From the NCBI GenBank assembly GCA_003563895.1, contig PWTK01000105.1, forward strand, positions 15,129 through 79,128: a DNA stretch of 64,000 bases, read 5' to 3'. The first letter of the stretch is position 1. Each line of letters opens with the position of its first letter. This document shows, piece after piece, positions 1 through 10,089 of this stretch. Made by a program: the position numbers and the translations under genes. The stretch comes from Syntrophomonadaceae bacterium. GTDB lineage: Bacteria > Bacillota > Dethiobacteria > DTU022 > UBA8154. Under the pieces are notes generated by a model that saw nothing but the letters and a program-made list of their open reading frames with translations, had not been told where the DNA came from and made no database searches.

Positions 1-882
1 GCGGTTATCGGCCCTGAACCAGGTTAACTGCCTTTTGGCATAGCGCCGGGTATCCCTTTTAAAAAGCTCTACCGCCTGCTCCCAACTCCATTCTCCCTCC
101 AGGTATTTGATCATATGCCTGTAACCGAGGGATTGCATGGATTTATGCCCACTTCCGTACCCCTTTTCCAGCAGCCCTTCCACTTCCTCCAGCAGCCCTC
201 GCCGGATCATCTCCTCCACCCGACGGTTTATCCGCTCGTACAGTTTGTCCCTCCGCATATACAGGCCGAACATGTGGAGATTGTATTCGCTCTCCGCCTT
301 GCCGGCGGTCATTTCCTCCTGTTCAGAGATAGGCTTGCCGGTCTGGTAGTAATATTCCAGTGCGCGGATGATGCGCTTTAAGTCGTTCGGGTGAACCCTG
401 GATGCGGTGAGGGGATCGATTTCTGCAAGGCGGCGGTAAAGATCTTCCCCCCCTTTTAACTCCGCTTCTTTCTGCAGCCTGCGGCGCAGGCCGGGGTGGG
501 CTTTCACTCCCGTAAGCGCGTAACGGTCTACGACGGCCTTGATGTAGAAACCCGTGCCGCCCGTTAATACAGGGAGTTTTCCCCTCCGATGGATGCTTTT
601 GATGCACCTGCGGGCATCTCTCTGATAATCGTAAACCGTATAATTCACATCCGGGTCAACGACATCCAACAAGTGGTGAGGGACCCTCTCCCTCTCTTCC
701 ACGGTCGGTTTGGCTGAGCCGATATCCAGGTTGCGATATACCTGGACAGAGTCGGCCGAGACGATCTCTCCGTTCAGCCGCCTGGCCAGCTTTATAGAAA
801 GCCCGGTTTTACCCACCGCTGTTGGGCCCACCACCACCAACAGCGGTATTTTCGCCGAATTGCAGCGACCCTCCTCAGCCAT
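1..882 (-). CDS. miaA: tRNA dimethylallyltransferase MiaA; the C-terminal end runs off the window
   Basis: Minus-strand translation from the ATG at 880-882 gives MAEEGRCNSAKIPLLVVVGPTAVGKTG (P-loop). Translation of nt 1-60 gives ...RRYAKRQLTWFRADNR, the conserved MiaA C-terminal motif. There is no stop before the window edge, so the ORF is absent from the supplied track. Confidence 0.85.
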   Translation of the reverse strand, partial: MAEEGRCNSAKIPLLVVVGPTAVGKTGLSIKLARRLNGEIVSADSVQVYRNLDIGSAKPTVEERERVPHHLLDVVDPDVNYTVYDYQRDARRCIKSIHRRGKLPVLTGGTGFYIKAVVDRYALTGVKAHPGLRRRLQKEAELKGGEDLYRRLAEIDPLTASRVHPNDLKRIIRALEYYYQTGKPISEQEEMTAGKAESEYNLHMFGLYMRRDKLYERINRRVEEMIRRGLLEEVEGLLEKGYGSGHKSMQSLGYRHMIKYLEGEWSWEQAVELFKRDTRRYAKRQLTWFRADNR

Positions 883-888
883 TCATCA

Positions 889-2745
889 TCAGCCCTGCCT
901 CTTAAAATATTTTTCCATTTCCCCCCTGGCCATTTTAAACATGGTGGGGCGGCCGTGCGGGCAGTAGTACAGGTTGTGGCATTGTTCCAGGTCGTTTAAC
1001 AGGCGGTGCATTTCTTCATTCGTCAGAATTTGCCCTGCCTTGACGGAGGCCTTGCAGATGAGCTGCAGCACGGCTTCGCGTAAAAAATCTTCCGCAGTCA
1101 GCCGCCGGTCGGCCACCTGCTCAAATACATCGAGAAACATATGGGAAGAAAAGCTGCCCTTCAGGAAAAAGGGGACACTGCGGACAACAAACGTGTGCGT
1201 TCCAAATTGCTCCACCTCCAGTCCAATTTTCTCCAGCATTTCCAACCGGTCCTCCATGGCTTCGGAAACCTGGAGGGGAAGCTCCAGCGTCAGGGGGATG
1301 ATCTCCTGGCGAAAAGCGGGCGAAGGGTTTCTGTTCCCTTCGAGATATTTTTCCCACAGTATTCTTTCATGTGCGGCATGCTGGTCGACAAAGTAGATGT
1401 GCTCTTCTTCCTGGCAGATGATATAGGTGCCAAAAGCCTGTCCCAGTAGTTTTTGTGAAATGCGTCCCCCGCTTTCAAAAGCCGATATTTCATCGGACGG
1501 GGGAGCAGAAAGATTGCGGTGGGGCACACCTTCAGCGCTGCGCTTTTTTTTGTCTGCCCGTTCTGCCTCTGCAGCCTCCCCGGCAGCCTGAAAATCGGGC
1601 TCGAAAACCCTTGGGGGCAATTTCCGGATAAACTGCTGGCGGTAAGAGCTGCTTTCCTGCAGCTTTTCTGTCCCGGCGGAGGCGCCGCCGGGTTTTTGAT
1701 TCACATCATCCTTTACTTCGGGAGCGCTGCCGCTTTTCCACCCGGGAATACTGAATTGATTTTCAAAAAAATTGCTTAACGCATTTTCCAGGAAATCGCG
1801 TACTCCCGCTTCCCTGCGGAAGCGCACTTCGATCTTTGTCGGATGCACATTCACGTCCATTTCGGCGGGGTCGATCCCTAGAAATAGAAAAGCGGCTGGA
1901 TATCGCCTGGAGGTCACCACCCGCGCAAAGCTTTTGTCCAGCACCTCCCTGAACAGCCGGCTGCGAACGTATCTTCCATTTACATAATAAGCCTGATAAT
2001 TCCTGGACCTGAGCGTAAAAGAAGGGTCGGTGGCAAAGCCGAAAAGCGAAAGCCCTTCATTTTCATATTCCAGAAGCCCCAGGTGGCGGCAGAGATCTTT
2101 GCCGTATATTTGGAAGAGCACGTTGTAAAGACTGCCGTCCCCCGGGGTGTTCAAAAGGGGTCCTGACTCCCTCTCCAGTGAAAAGGAAACATCCGGCCTG
2201 GAGAGGGCCATTAATTGAAGCGTCCTTGAAACCCTTGCCGTTTCGGCCGCGGTGCCCTTTAAAAATTTCTGGCGGGCGGGTGTGTTATAGAAGAGGTCCT
2301 CTACGGTGACTTTCGTCCCCCGGTGGAAACCGACCTCTTTAAACTCTTTTTCCTGTCCCCCCTCCAGGGCGATTTGGATCCCCGTTTCTTCCTCTGTGTG
2401 TCGCGAAATCACCTTCATCTTTGAAACCGAAGCGATGCTCGGCAGTGCTTCACCCCGGAAGCCGAGGGTGCTTATCTGATCCAGGTCTTCAATGTGCCTG
2501 ATCTTGCTGGTGGCATGTCTTTCCAGGGAAAGGCGCATCTCTGACGGCTTAATGCCGCAGCCGTCATCGAGGACGGTGATCTCCCGGGCACCCCCCTTTT
2601 TCAGGGTGACTTTTATGCGCTTCGCTCCTGCATCCAGAGAGTTTTCGGCAAGTTCTTTCACCACCGACGCCGGGTTTTCGATTACCTCGCCGGCGGCAAT
2701 TTGGTTGGAGGTTTTCAGGTCAAGCATGATGATGGGCATTTGCAA
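889..2745 (-). CDS. mutL: DNA mismatch repair protein MutL
   Basis: 618-aa ORF. The N-terminus IIMLDLKTSNQIAAGEVIENPASVVKELAENSLDAGA is the GHKL ATPase signature of MutL. The gene lies immediately downstream of mutS. Confidence 0.95.
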   Translation of the reverse strand: MQMPIIMLDLKTSNQIAAGEVIENPASVVKELAENSLDAGAKRIKVTLKKGGAREITVLDDGCGIKPSEMRLSLERHATSKIRHIEDLDQISTLGFRGEALPSIASVSKMKVISRHTEEETGIQIALEGGQEKEFKEVGFHRGTKVTVEDLFYNTPARQKFLKGTAAETARVSRTLQLMALSRPDVSFSLERESGPLLNTPGDGSLYNVLFQIYGKDLCRHLGLLEYENEGLSLFGFATDPSFTLRSRNYQAYYVNGRYVRSRLFREVLDKSFARVVTSRRYPAAFLFLGIDPAEMDVNVHPTKIEVRFRREAGVRDFLENALSNFFENQFSIPGWKSGSAPEVKDDVNQKPGGASAGTEKLQESSSYRQQFIRKLPPRVFEPDFQAAGEAAEAERADKKKRSAEGVPHRNLSAPPSDEISAFESGGRISQKLLGQAFGTYIICQEEEHIYFVDQHAAHERILWEKYLEGNRNPSPAFRQEIIPLTLELPLQVSEAMEDRLEMLEKIGLEVEQFGTHTFVVRSVPFFLKGSFSSHMFLDVFEQVADRRLTAEDFLREAVLQLICKASVKAGQILTNEEMHRLLNDLEQCHNLYYCPHGRPTMFKMARGEMEKYFKRQG

Positions 2746-2771
2746 CGCTCCTTCCCTGCCGATAAGTCGTG

Positions 2772-5537
2772 CTATTGTGAAAAACGATCCCGGGAAGTAA
2801 GCTCCGCTTGCAGCTGAAAAAGCTTGTTAAGCGATTCCAGGGGAGTGATGTTAACGAGATTCAGGTTCTTGATCTCCTGCAGCACCTTTTTCTCTTTGGA
2901 AGAAAGCTCGCTTCCCGCCTTTTTCCCCGGGAATGCAAGGAAGGAAAGCTGCCCGCTGTATTCTTCCCTGAGTTTGCCGGGATCGGGAGATGAAAAGCCC
3001 TCTTCTCCCTCCCCCCCTTCCCGGCTTGAGGTGCCTCCGGCGGGGGAAGCCTGTTGCGTTTCCAGGGCTTGCAGCACTTCCTGTGCCCTCCGCATCACCC
3101 TTTCCGGCAGGCCGGCCAGGCGAGCAACATTGATCCCGTAACTCCTGTCGGCCTTTCCAGGAATCACTTTTCGCAGAAAAATGATCTCTTCTCCCTTTTC
3201 TTTGACCGCCATGGAATAATTGACAATTCCCCGGTGTATCTCTTCCATGGCGGTTAACTCGTGATAATGGGTAGAAAAGAGCACCAGCGCCCTGTTGTGG
3301 TGCAGCAGGTATTCCAGGATGGCCTGCGCCAGGCTCATACCGTCGTAGGTGCTGGTTCCCCGTCCTATTTCATCTAAAATTACCAGGCTCCGGGGAGTGG
3401 CATTTTGCAGGATGGTGGCCGTTTCTTCCATTTCCACCATAAACGTGCTCCGCCCGCCGCTCAGGTCGTCACTGGCCCCGACCCGGGCGAAGATGCGGTC
3501 AACCGGGAAAAATTCCATCGCTTCTGCGGGCACAAAACTCCCGGCCTGGGCCATGACCAAAAGCAGCGCAGCCCCCCGGCAGTACGTGCTTTTCCCGGCC
3601 ATATTGGGCCCTGTAATCAGCAGGACCCGTTCCTTTTCACTGTCAAGGGAGAGGGGATTGGGGATGAACAGCTCCCCCTGCAGCTGCTCCACCACCGGGT
3701 GGCGCCCCTCCCGTACGGCAATCCTGTCTCCATCCCCGGAAAAGGAAGGCTTGACATAATTGTTTGTAAAGGCAGCTTCTGCCAGGGATATCAGACAGTC
3801 CAGCGAGGCGACGATGCGCGACGCTTTTTGAAGTTCCGGCGTATATTGGGCCGTATCCAGGCGCAGCGCTTCGAAAAGCTCGAACTCCAGCTGTGCCAAC
3901 CTCTCTTCTGCATGTAAGATCTGAGATTCTTTTTCCTTCAGCCCTTCAGTGATAAACCGTTCTGCATTGACCAGGGTCTGCTTTCTAAGGTAGTCCTGGG
4001 GAACCAGGTGCAGGTTGGTTTTTGTAATTTCAATATAATATCCGAAAACCTTGTTGTAGCGGATTTTCAAAGATTTAATGCCGGTCCGTACCTTTTCATA
4101 TTTTTCCAGGCTGAGGATCCAATCCCTGCTGCTGCGTGCCAGCTGGCGCAGCTCATCCACTTCTTGGGAATATCCTTCTTTAAAAATACCGCCTTCTTTG
4201 ACGCTTGCAGGAGCTTCTTCACTGACGGCATCTTCTAATTTTTGTGAAAGGGTACTAAAATTGGGAAGCTGTGCCCCCAGCTCACGCAGCAAGGATGAGG
4301 CCGCTTCCTCCAGGTGGACTTCTATCAAGGGGAGGATGTACAGCGTGTTTTTTAAAGCCAGCAGATCGCGCGGGTACACGGCCCCCATGTTTACCCGGCT
4401 GCTCAACCGTTCCAGGTCGTAGGCGTTCTTTAAAAGCTCACCGATTTCAGCCCGCAGGATCTGGTTCTCTTTCAATTCTTCCAATGACTCCCAGCGACTT
4501 TCAATGGCGCATTTATCCATAAGCGGCCTCTCCAGCCATTTCCGCAGCATCCTTCCGCCCATGGCCGTTTTCGTCCTGTCCAGGATGCCCAGCAGCGAAC
4601 CTTTTTTTGCCCCTGTCCGCAGGGTTTCGGAAATCTCCAGGTTGTGAAGAGTTACCGCATCCAAAACCATGATTTCCTCTGTGGAGCCGTGATAACGAAA
4701 GCTCTGCAGGTGAGTAAGGGGCGTTCTCTGCATTTGCCTGATGTAGGCCAGGGCCATGGCGGTGGAAAACACAGCCGCAGCGCTCGAGGCCAGACCGGAT
4801 TCCTGCAACTCGGAGCGGCTAAAATGTTCCCCCAAAAGGGAAAAAGCCGTCTCCTCATCGAGGTCATTTTCCCAGGTGTGGATCGAAGAAAAACGTTCCT
4901 GTATTTGAAGCATTTTATTGATCTGTTGGTTTTTGCTTAAGCCCCGATCCAGAATGATCTCGGCCGGGCGGAGCCGAAAAAGCTCGTCGAATACTTTTTC
5001 CACCGCGTTGGACCCTTCAAAACCGTAAACTTCCACCTCCCCCGTTGACACATCCACCAGCGACAGGCCGAAGTTTTCACCTTCAATGCGCAAAGAGGCG
5101 AGGTAGTTGTTTGCGTCTTCCAGGAGCAGGTTGTCCTCGTACTTTGTTCCGGGGGTTATGATGCGGGTTATTTCCCGTTTTACCAGGCCCCTGGCCTGGC
5201 CGGGATCTTCCACCTGGTCACAGATGGCCACCTTGTACCCTTTCTCCAGCAGTCGCCCCACGTAATTCTGCAGGGAGTGAAAGGGCACCCCGGCCAGGGG
5301 AATGGCATCCTCCTTGTTGCCATCCCTGGAAGTGAGCGCGATTTCCAGTTCCCTGGCTGCAGTGACAGCGTCCTCAAAAAATAATTCGTAGAAGTCTCCC
5401 ACCCTAAAAAAAAGAATGGCATCAGGATAGTTTTCTTTGACCTGTTTGAACTGTTTCATCATCGGAGTTAAATGCTCCAAGTCAACCACCCCTGGCATGC
5501 CGGATTCGCGCAAAGACGAATACGATTTTTGTATCAT
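2772..5537 (-). CDS. mutS: DNA mismatch repair protein MutS
   Basis: 921-aa ORF with the Walker A motif GPNMAGKSTY and the mismatch-binding N-terminus (FFRVGDFYELF). Confidence 0.95.
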   Translation of the reverse strand: MIQKSYSSLRESGMPGVVDLEHLTPMMKQFKQVKENYPDAILFFRVGDFYELFFEDAVTAARELEIALTSRDGNKEDAIPLAGVPFHSLQNYVGRLLEKGYKVAICDQVEDPGQARGLVKREITRIITPGTKYEDNLLLEDANNYLASLRIEGENFGLSLVDVSTGEVEVYGFEGSNAVEKVFDELFRLRPAEIILDRGLSKNQQINKMLQIQERFSSIHTWENDLDEETAFSLLGEHFSRSELQESGLASSAAAVFSTAMALAYIRQMQRTPLTHLQSFRYHGSTEEIMVLDAVTLHNLEISETLRTGAKKGSLLGILDRTKTAMGGRMLRKWLERPLMDKCAIESRWESLEELKENQILRAEIGELLKNAYDLERLSSRVNMGAVYPRDLLALKNTLYILPLIEVHLEEAASSLLRELGAQLPNFSTLSQKLEDAVSEEAPASVKEGGIFKEGYSQEVDELRQLARSSRDWILSLEKYEKVRTGIKSLKIRYNKVFGYYIEITKTNLHLVPQDYLRKQTLVNAERFITEGLKEKESQILHAEERLAQLEFELFEALRLDTAQYTPELQKASRIVASLDCLISLAEAAFTNNYVKPSFSGDGDRIAVREGRHPVVEQLQGELFIPNPLSLDSEKERVLLITGPNMAGKSTYCRGAALLLVMAQAGSFVPAEAMEFFPVDRIFARVGASDDLSGGRSTFMVEMEETATILQNATPRSLVILDEIGRGTSTYDGMSLAQAILEYLLHHNRALVLFSTHYHELTAMEEIHRGIVNYSMAVKEKGEEIIFLRKVIPGKADRSYGINVARLAGLPERVMRRAQEVLQALETQQASPAGGTSSREGGEGEEGFSSPDPGKLREEYSGQLSFLAFPGKKAGSELSSKEKKVLQEIKNLNLVNITPLESLNKLFQLQAELTSRDRFSQ

Positions 5538-5564
5538 GCAACATTATAACACAGTTGGAACCAA

Positions 5565-5602
5565 CAAAAAAGAAACCCCTCTTCAGAACAGAAGCGGGGT
5601 TT
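5565..5602 (-). terminator. Rho-independent terminator after the Fur-family gene
   Basis: Minus-strand sense AAACCCCGCTTC-tgttct-GAAGAGGGGTTT, followed by TTTTTT. Confidence 0.6.
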
Positions 5603-5666
5603 CCTGATGGTTTGCCTATGTAGAAATGCGCGCCGGCTTTTTAAAATAATTCCCTCTATATCCTGC

Positions 5667-6116
5667 TCAGACGTTTTCCTCAATCTTTTCCTGGCATTCC
5701 GGGCAGAAACCGTAAAAGAAAATTTGGGTAGCGTTCACTGTAAAACCAGTTTCCTCCCGTACCTTTTTGAACAAATTATTGTCCTGGATTTTTTCAATTG
5801 GGATGCTTTCCACGTCGTCCACCCTGCTGCAGCTTTCACAGTACGCGTGGGAATGAGGTTCAACGAAGGCGTCATAGCGGAGCCCACCTTCTCCTACATT
5901 GAGTTCCTGGATAAGCCCCACTTTTTTGAGCACATCCACGGTTTTGTAAACCGTGGCGAGGCTCATCGCCGGGTAATTCGGCTTTAGTTTTTTATATATC
6001 ATTTCCACATTTGGGTGCGATCGAGTATCCCGCAAGACCGAATAGACAGCCATCCTCTGGGGTGTCACCTTGATTTTTTTCGTTCTCAATACTTCCTCTG
6101 TATTCTGCATCTGCAT
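5667..6116 (-). CDS. Fur-family metalloregulator (Fur/PerR/Zur type)
   Basis: 149 aa. Winged-helix N-terminus (TPQRMAVYSVL), then HSHAYCESC and CPEC metal-site motifs. Confidence 0.8.
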   Translation of the reverse strand: MQMQNTEEVLRTKKIKVTPQRMAVYSVLRDTRSHPNVEMIYKKLKPNYPAMSLATVYKTVDVLKKVGLIQELNVGEGGLRYDAFVEPHSHAYCESCSRVDDVESIPIEKIQDNNLFKKVREETGFTVNATQIFFYGFCPECQEKIEENV

Positions 6117-6249
6117 CCCCCTATATCCAAATGACTTTTAAACAATAAAAAAAATCAATATCAGATAAAATATATATCATTTTACTGGAGAAGTCAAGCC
6201 ATTTTTTTGCCCGGGTGGCCATTTGTGTCCCCCTCCCGGTGTGCCTGTC

Positions 6250-7593
6250 CTACCGGTGCAACTTTTCTTCAATTCCGAGCAGCTGGCCGGTAAGCGTCCA
6301 CGGCCCGGCTTTCGTTATGGTGATTTTAACCAGTTTGCCCGTCAGCTCTTCGTTGGAACAAAAGTGGACGATCTTGTTGGTCCGCGTCCGGCCCGTATAC
6401 ATCTCCGGATCGGTTTTGCTCCTTCCCTCCACCAATACTTCCCGGGTAGAACCGACCAGCTTCTCGTTTTTTTCCAGGCTTATCCGGTTTTGGAGATTGT
6501 TCAGCGCCACGATCCTCTCTTTCTTGACCTCGGGCGCCAGCTGGTCTTCCATGCAGGCCGCCCGGGTTCCCTTTCTGGGGGAGTAAACGAAGGTAAAGGC
6601 CGCATCAAAGCGGATTCTGCGCACCATATCCATTGTTTGTGCAAAGTCCGCCTCGGCCTCGCCGGGGAAGCCCGCGATGATATCCGTCGTAATGGAAGCT
6701 CCCGGGATGAGCTCCCTTATTTTGGCGATTAGCTGCAGGTAATCTTCCCGGGTATAACCTCGATTCATCCTCTGCAATACGTTATTGCTTCCCGCCTGCA
6801 GGGGGAGATGAAAATGTTCGCAAATTTTTTCCCCTCGACGGATGACCCTGATCACTTCTTCCGAAAAGTCCCGGGGATGCGAGGTCATGAAGCGGATCCT
6901 CAGCAGCCCTTCCACCCCGTCCGCCAGTTCCAGGAGGCGGGCAAAGTTCATGTCTTTTTCCAGGTCTTTGCCGTATGAGTTGACGTTCTGCCCCAGCAGG
7001 GTTACTTCCCGGTAGCCTTCTCTGACCAGTTCACGTATCTCTTGCATGATATTTTCCGGCCTGCGGCTTTTTTCAGCTCCGCGCACGTAGGGAACAATGC
7101 AGTAAGAACAGTAATTGTCACAGCCGTGGCTGATGGGCACCCAGGCATGAATGCCTTGCTTCCTCTTCACGGGGAGGTTTTCCCGGTCACCCAATTCAGA
7201 CAGTTCGATAACGGGCCTGGTAGAGCAGCGCGCTTTTTCCAGGAGTTCCGGGAAACGTCCCAGGGCATGCGGCCCGCAAATGAGGTCAATAAAGCTGTAT
7301 CGCTGGCGCACCTTTCGGGCCACGCTTTCCTGCTGGACCATGCAGCCCCATAAAACCATGAGCATGTTGGGGTTTTGTTGTTTCAAAGAATGAAGTTTGC
7401 CCAGGTAACTGAAAACCTTTTCTTCCGCTTTTTGGCGGACGGCGCAGGTATTGATCACCAGCACCTCGGCTTCTTCTATACGGCCAGCAGGGACATAGCC
7501 GAGATTTTCCAGGTGGCCGGAAAGGACTTCGGTGTCGTATTCATTCATCTGGCAGCCGTAGTTCACGGTAAAGTATTTTCGTTTTTGTTCCAT
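6250..7593 (-). CDS. miaB: tRNA-i6A37 methylthiotransferase MiaB (radical SAM MTTase)
   Basis: 447 aa. N-terminal MTTase cluster (CQMNEYD), radical SAM motif HGCDNYCSYC, and a C-terminal TRAM domain. Confidence 0.9.
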   Translation of the reverse strand: MEQKRKYFTVNYGCQMNEYDTEVLSGHLENLGYVPAGRIEEAEVLVINTCAVRQKAEEKVFSYLGKLHSLKQQNPNMLMVLWGCMVQQESVARKVRQRYSFIDLICGPHALGRFPELLEKARCSTRPVIELSELGDRENLPVKRKQGIHAWVPISHGCDNYCSYCIVPYVRGAEKSRRPENIMQEIRELVREGYREVTLLGQNVNSYGKDLEKDMNFARLLELADGVEGLLRIRFMTSHPRDFSEEVIRVIRRGEKICEHFHLPLQAGSNNVLQRMNRGYTREDYLQLIAKIRELIPGASITTDIIAGFPGEAEADFAQTMDMVRRIRFDAAFTFVYSPRKGTRAACMEDQLAPEVKKERIVALNNLQNRISLEKNEKLVGSTREVLVEGRSKTDPEMYTGRTRTNKIVHFCSNEELTGKLVKITITKAGPWTLTGQLLGIEEKLHR

Positions 7594-7790
7594 AGCCCCT
7601 TAACCCTTTCTTTCTGCAAAAAATAAAACAATGCTGCGCTGTAATGGCATGCGAGAAGCCGCTGCGAGCGAAAAACTGCCTTGAAGCGTGCACGGCTTAT
7701 GAATCATTCTCGCTGTTCCTCCCCCATTATACAAAACATCCGGCGGGCGTTCAACTCTGACTCCGTTTGCTTCTAAACAGGGAAAAATGG

Positions 7791-8954
7791 TTACCTCTGC
7801 CTGGGCCGGCGAGGCCTGAGGATAACTGCCCCCTGCGGGCATATTTCCTGGCAGCAGTAGCATCTCAGGCACTCTTTATAATCAATAAAAGGCTTTGAGT
7901 TTTCAAACCCTTTGTTCCAGTCATAGATGGCGCCTGTCGGGCAGTGTTCTCTACAGATACCGCACCGGTTGCAGCTGTCTTCAATGCAGGGCCAGGGCCG
8001 AAACCTCTCCTTGAGGTTGCGGCTCCAGGCGGGAAATATCCGCCATAAAAACGACCAGCCCCGCCCCGAAGCACCCTTGTCGAATCCTTTATCCCGCAGC
8101 TCACCCGGTAGGGGGCCGCGAATAATAATATTTTCCAGGCTGCTGCCGGCAAGGCCTCGCTTTTGGGCAGCCATGAGAGTGGATACCTCGGGGAGAGAAA
8201 AGCCGGCAAGCGCTGCGCAGACTGCATCGAGGGCCACAGCATCCTCAGAAGCAGCGATCACTCCAAGGGGCCTGGGCCTGCCGCTGCGCGGTCCTGGCCC
8301 CTCCATCGCTACCACAGCGTCAACGATCGACAGTACCGGTTTGGACAGCAAATAGAGGTCGATCAGCATCTCTGCAAAGTCGTAAACAGAAGGGTAGCGG
8401 GCGTGGAGTTTTTTCTTCTCCGCACCCACGATCAACCCCATGCAGTTTTTTACCGCACCGGTCAGGCCTGTAAGGGGATGGGTCTTCAACTTGGCTGCAT
8501 TAATCACCAGGTCCATCTCCAGCGCTTCCCGGCTCAAAAAAAATGTCCGGCATACGCTGGCCGAATCGTACTCTACCTCGATCCCTTCTTCAAAAGGCAG
8601 CAATACAGCGCCGGTTTTGTCTGCGACGTCCCGTATGCCGCAGGACTGGGCCACACTTTCTGTGCTCCCCCGGCCGGGACTGTCGCCAACGTAAACCCTG
8701 GCTCCCGCTTCCTGCAAAATCTCGATCAGCACCCGGACGAAAGCAGAATGAGTGGTAACCGCCCCTCCAGCCCTGGAATGGGCAAGCATGTTAGGCTTGA
8801 CGAGCACCCTTTCCCCACGACAAAGAAATTGTTCTAAACCCCCGCAACCTCGCACCACTTCTTCCAGGCTGTGTCTGAGCCGGCTCTCGTTATAAGTCGG
8901 ACACGATGAAATGCTCACTACCGGCTGCGACAATATTAACCTCTCCTCCTTCAT
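7791..8954 (-). CDS. DUF362-domain protein with a C-terminal 2x[4Fe-4S] ferredoxin domain
   Basis: 387 aa. The C-terminus carries two CxxCxxCxxxCP motifs (CNRCGICREHCP and CLRCYCCQEICP). Confidence 0.65.
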   Translation of the reverse strand: MKEERLILSQPVVSISSCPTYNESRLRHSLEEVVRGCGGLEQFLCRGERVLVKPNMLAHSRAGGAVTTHSAFVRVLIEILQEAGARVYVGDSPGRGSTESVAQSCGIRDVADKTGAVLLPFEEGIEVEYDSASVCRTFFLSREALEMDLVINAAKLKTHPLTGLTGAVKNCMGLIVGAEKKKLHARYPSVYDFAEMLIDLYLLSKPVLSIVDAVVAMEGPGPRSGRPRPLGVIAASEDAVALDAVCAALAGFSLPEVSTLMAAQKRGLAGSSLENIIIRGPLPGELRDKGFDKGASGRGWSFLWRIFPAWSRNLKERFRPWPCIEDSCNRCGICREHCPTGAIYDWNKGFENSKPFIDYKECLRCYCCQEICPQGAVILRPRRPRQR

Positions 8955-9043
8955 ACCGGTGAAAGACTAAAGCTCTTTACTCTCCCGCAAAAAGGTTGCT
9001 CCGTTTCAAAGGCCTGGAGGCTTGGGGACATACCCTTGCGGCA

Positions 9044-9295
9044 CTATTCCATATCCCTTTCGTCAATGGCTTTAATTTCAAACTGGCCGTTGAAGTAACA
9101 GTAATACTCCTTTTTGCTGATATTCTCTGCTGGCTCGAAGACAAAAAGGAACAGGTCTCTGTTGACCTGGGCGCAGCGGTGGGGTTTGATGTTTCTGCCC
9201 AATTCACCCAGCGGCAGCGCTGCAGCCAGGTCTTCAAGGGCATACGCCTTCTGCCCTATCAAAACACTGTCATGCCAGGAACCGCATTCCCACAT
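9044..9295 (-). CDS. hypothetical small protein (83 aa)
   Basis: The track ORF 9044..9445 was trimmed to the internal ATG (MWECGSWHD...) so it no longer overlaps the thioesterase gene. GGAGAGGGGG lies 8-10 nt upstream. No recognisable family. Confidence 0.3.
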   Translation of the reverse strand: MWECGSWHDSVLIGQKAYALEDLAAALPLGELGRNIKPHRCAQVNRDLFLFVFEPAENISKKEYYCYFNGQFEIKAIDERDME

Positions 9296-9330
9296 ACGAG
9301 CACCCCCTCTCCATTTTACCTTTTCAGGGA

Positions 9331-9717
9331 TTATGTATCTATTCTCATCATATGAGCTTCGGCTTCCACCACCGTTTCTCCATCGGGCATTCTGGTCCAG
9401 GCCTTGATCACAAACAGGTTTCCTTTCTGTTTTTCCGTATAGCACCCGAACCTGATATTTTTTTCGATGGGAACCGGCTTTTTAAAACGCGCGTTCATCC
9501 TGCCCGTAACCGCCCTGTACCCCCTGTTCATGAGGTGGTGCCCGATCAGCTCATCCATGATGGTGATGATCAGCCCACCGTGGAAAACGCCGTCGTAGCT
9601 CTGGTGCACCTCTGTGGGGTTAAACTCGGTAAGGGTGGTCTCCCCTTCATTCCGACATTCGAGCTGCAAGCCTTGCGGGTTATGCGGGCTGCAGCCAAAG
9701 CACATATCATCTCCCAT
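9331..9717 (-). CDS. PaaI/hotdog-fold thioesterase
   Basis: 128 aa. Motif HGGLIITIMDELIGH is typical of PaaI/YbgC-type thioesterases. Confidence 0.7.
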   Translation of the reverse strand: MGDDMCFGCSPHNPQGLQLECRNEGETTLTEFNPTEVHQSYDGVFHGGLIITIMDELIGHHLMNRGYRAVTGRMNARFKKPVPIEKNIRFGCYTEKQKGNLFVIKAWTRMPDGETVVEAEAHMMRIDT

Positions 9718-9740
9718 CCGGATGCTGCACCTCCCAATAT

Positions 9741-10016
9741 TTAAGCATTTTTTTCAATCTCTTTCACTATCTCCTTCGCTTTGTCCAGCCAGGAATATGG
9801 AACGAGCACTTTGATTTCTGCCAGGGGGCCTACGGTCAGGCTGTAAATCTGGCCAATGGCTTCGCTCTGCAGCACAACCGGGATCCCTTCTTCTTTTAAG
9901 CGGCCTTCCAGTATGGAAGCTTTAATGGGGTCTGTTTCGATGATTAAACACCGCCATTTATCTTCTGACACCCTGTCCTCCCCCTCCTGCCCTGAAAATA
10001 AAACAAATACGTACAA
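9741..10016 (-). CDS. DUF2007-like small protein
   Basis: 91 aa. The KASILEGRLKEEGIPVV pattern resembles DUF2007 (putative signal-transducing) proteins. Recognised from memory only. Confidence 0.45.
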   Translation of the reverse strand: MYVFVLFSGQEGEDRVSEDKWRCLIIETDPIKASILEGRLKEEGIPVVLQSEAIGQIYSLTVGPLAEIKVLVPYSWLDKAKEIVKEIEKNA

Positions 10017-10089
10017 AAGCTCGCTGGTTAACAGTAATCTGTTTTCATCCTTCTGATGGTGCCGCCATGCTGCATGATTGTCACATTTC

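Noticed and set aside
889-5537. Numerous antisense or embedded ORFs of 60-170 aa inside mutL, mutS, leuC, proA, ahcY, fdnG and other genes
   Set aside because: They are shadow ORFs of high-GC coding regions on the opposite strand, with no independent support.
6117-6250. AT-rich inverted repeat (AAATGATATATATTTTATCTGATATTGATT) upstream of the Fur-family gene, as a Fur/PerR autoregulatory box
   Set aside because: It is plausible, but the match to the Fur or PerR consensus is too loose to call a site. It is left unannotated.
9044-9445. 133-aa minus-strand ORF overlapping the thioesterase gene by about 115 nt
   Set aside because: Its 5' part is the out-of-frame shadow of the thioesterase gene. 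Only the downstream 83-aa portion, with its own ATG and RBS, was kept, at low confidence.
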